A stretch of 11,700 nt of DNA from assembly GCA_040755455.1 (NCBI GenBank), contig JBFMAY010000066.1, positions 1 to 11,700 of the forward strand, written 5' to 3'. Shown here piece after piece: positions 1-5,572 of the stretch. The notes under the pieces are model-generated. The model did no database searches. It was not told where the DNA came from and saw only the letters and a list, made by a program, of their open reading frames with translations. Source of the stretch: Thermodesulfobacteriota bacterium. GTDB lineage: Bacteria; Desulfobacterota; Desulfobulbia; Desulfobulbales; SURF-16. Every line of letters starts with the position of its first letter. Positions within the stretch are counted from its first letter, which is position 1. The position numbers were made by a program, and so were the translations under genes.

Positions 1-84
1 AATGGTTTGCTTTTCGCTTGCCTGCGCCGAAATGGCCGAAAAAATGAAAACCATAAAGAGAAAAATAAGTCTCCTTAAGTTCAT
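1..84 (-). CDS. 5' end of a secreted/periplasmic or outer-membrane protein, truncated by the window edge; possibly a metal-uptake protein such as a TonB-dependent transporter
   Basis: Not in the ORF track. Manual translation from ATG at 84 gives MNLRRLIFLFMVFIFSAISAQASEKQTI: basic N-terminus, hydrophobic core and A-Q-A signal peptidase I site. Strong RBS AAGGAGG at 91-97 (minus strand). The product guess rests only on its position downstream of a DUF2946-like ORF. Confidence 0.8.
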   Translation of the reverse strand, partial: MNLRRLIFLFMVFIFSAISAQASEKQTI

Positions 85-234
85 CGTAAGCCTCCTTACT
101 TGGGAATATTGTGAAGATAACTCACTATAATTGCCTCAAAATCGGGAGCAACTCCAGACATTGGCCGCACTGCTCCGGATGAAGAGATCGTGCTCTAAAA
201 AGATCATGGAATTGCTGAAAATGGCGACGGAGGG

Positions 235-651
235 TTAAACAGAGGGCGGAGCACGCGCCTGGATGGAATGTTGAAAGTGCGAAATGAAGTTGTCGTCAAG
301 GGAGGAAAGAAGAACTCGGTCAGTTGCGAAGGGCAATATCAAGGATGGTGGCGCCGGAAGGCTGAAGGGGGTGCCAAGAACCCGTAGGCTCTGACAGATG
401 GGACAATGGTGGGCATCGTGCCCCTTGCCGCTGAAAGGTTGGACATCGGAGAAACCGGGTTCATGACAGCATGTCTGGTGACCAGAAGTGGTTGTCTCAT
501 GACTGGTATAAAAATCATGATCATGCCTGCTGCCAGCAAGATGAACCTCCTCCAGCCACGGGCTCAGTATCAGCAGCAGCACCGCCAAGGCATTCAGCAC
601 GGACCCTACTCTGAACCATCGCTGATTTATAACATTTCTTTGATGAACCAT
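235..651 (-). CDS. DUF2946-family (CruR/CutF-like) metal-responsive leader protein with RAPP arrest motif
   Basis: 138 aa with an N-terminal hydrophobic segment (VLNALAVLLLILSPWL), His-rich middle (RHDHD, GHDAHH), HCPIC CxxC motif, Pro-rich linker and C-terminal QARAPP two residues before the stop. This is the characteristic DUF2946 layout. Confidence 0.85.
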   Translation of the reverse strand: MVHQRNVINQRWFRVGSVLNALAVLLLILSPWLEEVHLAGSRHDHDFYTSHETTTSGHQTCCHEPGFSDVQPFSGKGHDAHHCPICQSLRVLGTPFSLPAPPSLILPFATDRVLLSSLDDNFISHFQHSIQARAPPSV

Positions 652-659
652 AGCATCGC

Positions 660-688
660 AAAATAGGCAAACATAGGTGTAATGTCAA
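660..688 (-). promoter_or_regulatory. sigma70-type promoter for the DUF2946-like ORF
   Basis: Minus strand TTGACA (688-683), 17-nt spacer, TATTTT (665-660); ATG at 651 follows 8 nt later. Confidence 0.6.
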
Positions 689-893
689 GGCGTGAATGAA
701 CAAACAGCTTTCACATTGTGGCACCACTACCGGCACTCTCCGCTGCAATCATGAATAACGGCTCCGCATGATAGCATCATTTTATCTATCAGCGCGGGGA
801 ATTGTCGAAAAAACATTGAATCTGTCAAAAGTCATCCCCATGGAAAAGAATCTATAGACTGAAAGAGCTCAACGGTATTTTTATTCTGGTTAC

Positions 894-1655
894 TTGGATG
901 ACAGAGATATGCAGAAAATCATAGCCTCGTTTACCGGGAAATATGGTCTCACCAGGGCCGAGGTCATGGCGGAGATCGAGGCTCTCTTTGCCCTCCGGCT
1001 CTCCCAATGGTACCGCCTTCCGGTGATGGTCTTTTTTCGTAATGATCTGCTGCTGGAGGCCGTGGCTTACAACCAATCAGGCGGGGTGGTCATGCAGCGC
1101 CTCGTCGAGCTGTCAGAGATCAAAGGCAGGGGAACGCTCAAGAGGCAACTTGAGACGGCCCTGGCCAAGGCAGCGGTGCTCAAACAGACTGCCCGCTATA
1201 AATACTTTGAGAAAGAGTTACTGTGGGGCGAGATAACCGCCTGCGATGCCGAGCAGAATCTCTATGTCGAAACCGAAGTCATTGCCGGCGAACGGGTGAC
1301 GGCAATCTGCCCCGTCAACCGGATCGGGCTGCATGAGCGGCACTCAGGCGAATTCGCCATCGGCCGGAAACGGGCCTTTCATCTGCGCCGGGTGGAGCCG
1401 ATCATGCTGAACGGTACTCCACGTCTCAAGGTAGTGGTGGACCGGGTGTCCAAGACCCTGGTCGAAACCCTGCTCCGCAGTCAGCTTGGACCTGCTGCGG
1501 AGAGGATCAAGATCCGCTGCCTCAAACGCTATGTGGGACATAAGAGTATCGTCTTCAGCACCGATCGACTGCCGAAGTCAGCGATCATCGCCGTTGACCG
1601 GGAACTGAAAGAGCGGGTCCAGGTAAAAATTGTCAAGTCCTTAGCCGGCGAATAA
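894..1655 (+). CDS. Divergent NusA-like protein (NTD-S1-KH1, lacking KH2)
   Basis: By-eye colinear similarity to bacterial NusA over the whole length: IIASFTGKYGLTRAEVMAEIEALF (NTD helices), YKYFEKELLWGEIT...AICP...EFAIG (S1), VVVDRVSKTLVETLL, IKIRCLKRYVGHKSIV and IIAVDRELKERVQV (KH1). Start is TTG 894 or ATG 909. Its stop overlaps the next start (TAATG). Confidence 0.6.
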   Translation: MDDRDMQKIIASFTGKYGLTRAEVMAEIEALFALRLSQWYRLPVMVFFRNDLLLEAVAYNQSGGVVMQRLVELSEIKGRGTLKRQLETALAKAAVLKQTARYKYFEKELLWGEITACDAEQNLYVETEVIAGERVTAICPVNRIGLHERHSGEFAIGRKRAFHLRRVEPIMLNGTPRLKVVVDRVSKTLVETLLRSQLGPAAERIKIRCLKRYVGHKSIVFSTDRLPKSAIIAVDRELKERVQVKIVKSLAGE

Positions 1656-3022
1656 TGATCAAACGCAAAGCAAAAGAACCCTGGACCCATATCGGCACCG
1701 GTGTCCATCTCGATCATCCCCATACTGTTCTGGAACTGGGTTTTCCGGACAGCTACCGGAAGGGCCATTTCTGGTGTTTCGGCACCACCCGGGTGGGCAA
1801 GACCAGGGTCATGGAGCACATCATCGAACAGGACATCCGCAAGGGCTATTCCGTGGTGGCCATTGACCCCAAGGGTGATATCGATCTCTTTTCCAAAATC
1901 ACCCAGCTCGCCATCGACACCGGCCGCCACCACGATCTGATGCTGGTTACCCCCATCTTCCCGCAGTACAGCGCCATCCTTGATCCCCTCTCCTCGTACT
2001 ACATGCCGGAAGAGTTGGTGGCCCATATCACCGCCGGGGTAGCGATGGGCCGGGAGCCGTATTTCTTCGGGGTGGCCTATGAGGTGAGCCTGGTCGTGGT
2101 CCAGGCCCTGATCATGCTGGCCGAGGTGGCCGGCACAACGCCATCGTTTAATCTCAATGACATCAAGAACCATATCAGCCATCAGGACCTGGAAAAGCTC
2201 AAGGAAAAAATCGACTATATCAACACCCCGGAGGCGGAGCAGCTTTCCCGGGATATCCAGAAGATCCTCTCCACCCCGGCGGATTATTACTCCAAGGTGG
2301 CCAGTTCGCTCCGGGTGGCGCTCACCGAACTGACCTCCGGCAATGTCGGCAGGATCATCGGCAAGGCGGACGAAAACCGCTTCATCAAGCGCCTGGAGCA
2401 GGGCAAGGGCATTATCCTGGTGGTGCAGCTTGGTTCACTGCTCACCAAGCGGGCCGCTTACACAGCGGGCAAGGTCATTATCTCCATGATCCAGGCCTTT
2501 GTTGGCCGGGTCTATTCCAGCGGCAGAAACGTCACCCCTGCGCTGGTCCTGCACATCGACGAGGCCCAGTCGGTGCTCTACCAGGGCATCGAGGATCTGT
2601 TCGCCAAGGCCGGCGGGGCCGGGGTCTTCATCCACGGCTATTGTCAGTCCATCAGCCAACTATATGCCGAGGTGGGCGATGACCGGGCCAACACCATCCT
2701 CGACAACTGCAACACCAAGCTCTTCATGCGGGTGCCGGACGCCACCACCGCCAGCTACGTGTCCGAGCATCTGGGCGAGGAGCGCCGTTTCTCGCCGATC
2801 ATCTCGCTCGGCGGCGGCCTGTCGATCCGGGAGACCGAAGAGGTCAGGATCAAACACACCGAGGTGTTGAACATGGCGCCCCGCGAACTGTTCCTTAACA
2901 CCTATTCCGGCACTTACAAGGGAAAGACCGCCACCGTGAGCGAAGGTGCGCTCAAGGTGCGGTTCCCGGATCTGGCCGTGGAGAAGATGGCCGGGACGAA
3001 TCCGGGCGCCGGTAGTCGTTGA
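1655..3022 (+). CDS. traD: Type IV coupling protein, TraD/VirD4/TrwB-like ATPase
   Basis: Walker A GTTRVGKT, VVAIDPKGD, Walker B LHIDEA, followed by LFAKAGGAG..QSISQL and ILDNCNTKLFMRVPD, typical of ICE-type TraD. No N-terminal transmembrane segment is visible. Confidence 0.88.
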   Translation: MIKRKAKEPWTHIGTGVHLDHPHTVLELGFPDSYRKGHFWCFGTTRVGKTRVMEHIIEQDIRKGYSVVAIDPKGDIDLFSKITQLAIDTGRHHDLMLVTPIFPQYSAILDPLSSYYMPEELVAHITAGVAMGREPYFFGVAYEVSLVVVQALIMLAEVAGTTPSFNLNDIKNHISHQDLEKLKEKIDYINTPEAEQLSRDIQKILSTPADYYSKVASSLRVALTELTSGNVGRIIGKADENRFIKRLEQGKGIILVVQLGSLLTKRAAYTAGKVIISMIQAFVGRVYSSGRNVTPALVLHIDEAQSVLYQGIEDLFAKAGGAGVFIHGYCQSISQLYAEVGDDRANTILDNCNTKLFMRVPDATTASYVSEHLGEERRFSPIISLGGGLSIRETEEVRIKHTEVLNMAPRELFLNTYSGTYKGKTATVSEGALKVRFPDLAVEKMAGTNPGAGSR

Positions 3023-4506
3023 TGCATGGGCTTGTTTACTGGCTGCAGGCGGACACCTGGAATCGCCTGTTGATCGGGGTGGCGGGATTGCTGGCTTTGG
3101 TTGCGATTGTCGTGTTGGCAGGTGGCAGGAAAAAGAGGCCAGTGGTGCAGGAGATCTCCCTGCGCGATCTGTCGGCCCTGTGGACCAGGGAGGGCGCCAA
3201 GACAATCCATATCTCGGAACTTGCACCCCTGTGGCGGGACGAGCAGCTGATCGCCAGACAAGGGGAATCCCTTGATCTTCGCCATCCACGGGCTGCGGCC
3301 TTCATGGAGAATATCAGGCAGTGGGCCTGGTTTGCCAAATTCCCCCTGCACAAGGCGGTGTGTGGCCGGATCCTGCAAATGCTTGACCGGGAAGGCCATT
3401 GCCCGTCCGTGGTCAATATGAGCGGCGATGTGGAGGGGAGCTGGGATGAAAATACTTACCGGATCCTGGCCAAAACGACCCTGCTTGACCACTCCCTGAA
3501 CGTGGCCGAACAGGTGGTGCAACTGCTCTCGGCCAGCGAGGCCTGGCATGTGATCCCCGACACCATGGTGGCCGCCCTGGCCCATGACCTGGGGAAACTC
3601 GAATCCATGCGGGGCTACCTCTATTCCCTGGGCGAGCACCCCCTGGCCGCAGGCCGTCCCCTGGCCGGAATAGTCGGCTTCAAGGATCTGGCCAAAAAGG
3701 AAGAAATACTGCGAGCCATCAAACTGCATCACAAGATGCCCGAGGGGTTGCTCGGCAAGACCTTGAAAAAGGCCGACCAGCTCGCCAGACAGAAAGAGCT
3801 GGAAGAAGTTGTTGCCCAGCAGGAGAGCGTCACGGAATCAATCCCGCAAAAAAGTCCTGAGGCATTGGCCCAGCGGCAAGATGCGGAAAATGATAAAGCG
3901 GCATCCTCTTCCGTACCAGAACCAGCCCGACAGGACACTACGGATAAAGCAGCCGCGGCCTGGCAGGCCCAGGCGGATATTTTTGACGAGAATGGCGCTG
4001 CCGGACAGGGGAAGGATGCCCCCGAAGTCCCGAAACTGCTGGATATCTCGGCCTGGTTCGTTGCCGCCCTCTTTCTGGATGAGCTGAAACCATTCATCAA
4101 CAAGATGTTCGGCCGCCGGTTCCTGGCTTTTTCCATGCCGGATGGCCATGTCTATTTTCAGGTCAAGGTACTTGAGGAAGTGGCCAGGAAGCAGGCGGAG
4201 CGGGCCGGATGCATAGAAATCGCCACCATGGCCCAGAATGATCCGACCATGCGGCAGGTGCTGTTCACCATTGTCCATCACCTGCGAAGTGAACATGACG
4301 TGATCGCCAGGGGTTTGATCAAGGACAATTTCTTTGGCGGTTATTTTACCGTCATCAAAAAAATCGGCAAGAACGTCAAGGGCTATTACACGCCGTTTCA
4401 TGCCGAGGCCTTCGGCTCGATTGCCGAGATGGAAAAGGACAAACCCGCCATGCTGCGCGATATCCAGAAAGTCGAGCCGTACCTGAATGATGGGACCGGC
4501 CCGTAA
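3022..4506 (+). CDS. HD-domain protein with N-terminal membrane anchor; putative MOBH/TraI_2-like relaxase
   Basis: HD-fold motifs LLDHSLNVA, AALAHDLGK, GEHP, AIKLHH, KKADQ. Hydrophobic segment LLIGVAGLLALVAIVVLAGG near the N-terminus, and an Ala/Gln/Glu-rich linker before a C-terminal domain. ATG 3022 overlaps the traD stop (TGATG); the ORF track uses TTG 3019. The relaxase call relies on context. Confidence 0.7.
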   Translation: MHGLVYWLQADTWNRLLIGVAGLLALVAIVVLAGGRKKRPVVQEISLRDLSALWTREGAKTIHISELAPLWRDEQLIARQGESLDLRHPRAAAFMENIRQWAWFAKFPLHKAVCGRILQMLDREGHCPSVVNMSGDVEGSWDENTYRILAKTTLLDHSLNVAEQVVQLLSASEAWHVIPDTMVAALAHDLGKLESMRGYLYSLGEHPLAAGRPLAGIVGFKDLAKKEEILRAIKLHHKMPEGLLGKTLKKADQLARQKELEEVVAQQESVTESIPQKSPEALAQRQDAENDKAASSSVPEPARQDTTDKAAAAWQAQADIFDENGAAGQGKDAPEVPKLLDISAWFVAALFLDELKPFINKMFGRRFLAFSMPDGHVYFQVKVLEEVARKQAERAGCIEIATMAQNDPTMRQVLFTIVHHLRSEHDVIARGLIKDNFFGGYFTVIKKIGKNVKGYYTPFHAEAFGSIAEMEKDKPAMLRDIQKVEPYLNDGTGP

Positions 4507-4661
4507 GACCCGATTTTCCAGGTCATTTCCGGGCGAGGGCCGGCGGAAGGATCGTTATTCCAGAAGGAAGAGCCTCTTGCAAAATGAACGATTAGGTGGA
4601 TCGAGATCAAATATTTTCTCGGTTGTCAGCTTGCCTATCAGAAACTTTATTCTTTAAATGC

Positions 4662-5440
4662 TTATCTTACCGTCTGGCTGTCATGCAGCGAGGCAGCGGT
4701 GACAAGGGCGCTGATCGGCAGGCCTGCATCGTTTGTGTCCAGATGCAGCTTGTAGCCGTTCCATGATATTTTGTACCCCTTGGCATTCTTCTTAGTGCCA
4801 CGGTCGCAACTGACTGGCAGCTCACGGATGGCTTGCTCCGCGGTCTGCCGGACTTGACGGTCAAGTCGCTTCTCGACGGCCGGCTCCCGCTGCTCACTCT
4901 TGGCGGGACGCCCTCTCTTGCGGGGTTTCCTGGGCTCTTTGGCCTCCTTTTTCGCCGGTTTCTCGCGACCGGTAATGGCCGTAGAATCCCGGCTTATGTA
5001 GCCGACAAGCTCCGCCGAAAGGTATTCCTTTACCAGCGCATCGTGGACCCGGCTGCCAAGCCCGCTGGCGGCAAATTCGGCGAAGGCCCGTGAAAATGTT
5101 GACTCCGACGGAATATCTCCGAAAGCCACGAACCAGCATATACGCCGCAGGTTCTCTGCCGAGTTCAAGGCGCGGATCAAATCACTGGTCGCCGGATGAC
5201 GATAGGGCGCCTTGGCCACGAACGACCGGGCCAGGGCCTTCCGGTCAAGAGTATTGCGTCCTGGCCAGCGATAGCGAGTCCCGCTCCTTGAAACATACCG
5301 CTCAATCTGGAGAATCTCCAGAATTGACACCAGGCGCTCCTCCTGCTCAGTAACGGTGTTTTCAAGCATTGATTTAGAGGGGAAACAGACTTTCTTGGAC
5401 ACAAATCCATCAAACATGATATTTTATACATGAGCTTCAT
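4662..5440 (-). pseudogene. DDE transposase pseudogene (5' frameshifts, C-terminal truncation)
   Basis: Motifs PSESTFSRAF, SRDSTAI, WNGYKLH and ASLHDSQ, then a stop three codons later, so the second catalytic Asp and the Glu region are missing. The likely original start is ATG 5440 with RBS GGGAGG (5446-5451). Family-like N-terminal peptides are scattered over three frames (MKLMYKIS / VQESLFP / LNQCLKTPL / TEQEERL). Confidence 0.85.
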
Positions 5441-5511
5441 GACATCCTCCCTGGCGCTGTTTTGCTGGATACAAAACTATACAAGGAAATGCCATTAAGC
5501 TAAATTATTTC

Positions 5512-5530
5512 AATATGTTATTAACATATT
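5512..5530. promoter_or_regulatory. Perfect palindrome, candidate protein-binding site
   Basis: AATATGTTA-T-TAACATATT (9-1-9) inside the IS end, between the transposase start and the kinase start. Confidence 0.4.
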
Positions 5531-5572
5531 TCGCCGTTAGGGAAATCTCCGGTCCTTTTGCAAGAGGCTCAT

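Larger units (their letters stand above)
4570..5570 (-). mobile_element. Internally deleted insertion sequence (DDE type, IS5/IS1182-like), 1001 bp
   Basis: Perfect 15-bp terminal inverted repeats GAGCCTCTTGCAAAA (4570-4584) and TTTTGCAAGAGGCTC (5556-5570) enclose a transposase remnant. No target-site duplication is evident. Confidence 0.85.

Noticed and set aside
768..790. Short palindromes ATGAT-AGC-ATCAT and GATAG-N11-CTATC as Fur/NikR-type boxes
   Set aside because: Only 5-bp arms and a poor match to consensus sites I can recall.
1529..4401. Long antisense ORFs (1529-2182, 2660-3289, 2914-3732, 3838-4401)
   Set aside because: Shadow frames of GC-rich genes with clear motifs on the plus strand; no recognisable domains.
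3022..4506. HD protein as a CRISPR Cas3 nuclease
   Set aside because: No repeat-spacer array, helicase or other cas genes in the window; the context is a coupling protein.
4496..4543. GC-rich inverted repeat CCGGCCC/GGGCCGG spanning the HD gene stop, as a terminator or oriT
   Set aside because: Long loop, no U-tract and no recognisable nic motif; short GC repeats arise easily by chance here.
4560..4569. AGAAGGAA left of the IS as the original kinase RBS
   Set aside because: Joining the flanks leaves too short a spacing to the ATG and there is no target duplication to support a clean insertion.
5480..5494. Minus-strand TGGCATTTCCTTGTA as a sigma54 promoter for the transposase
   Set aside because: Spacing is one base short and the -12 GC is missing.
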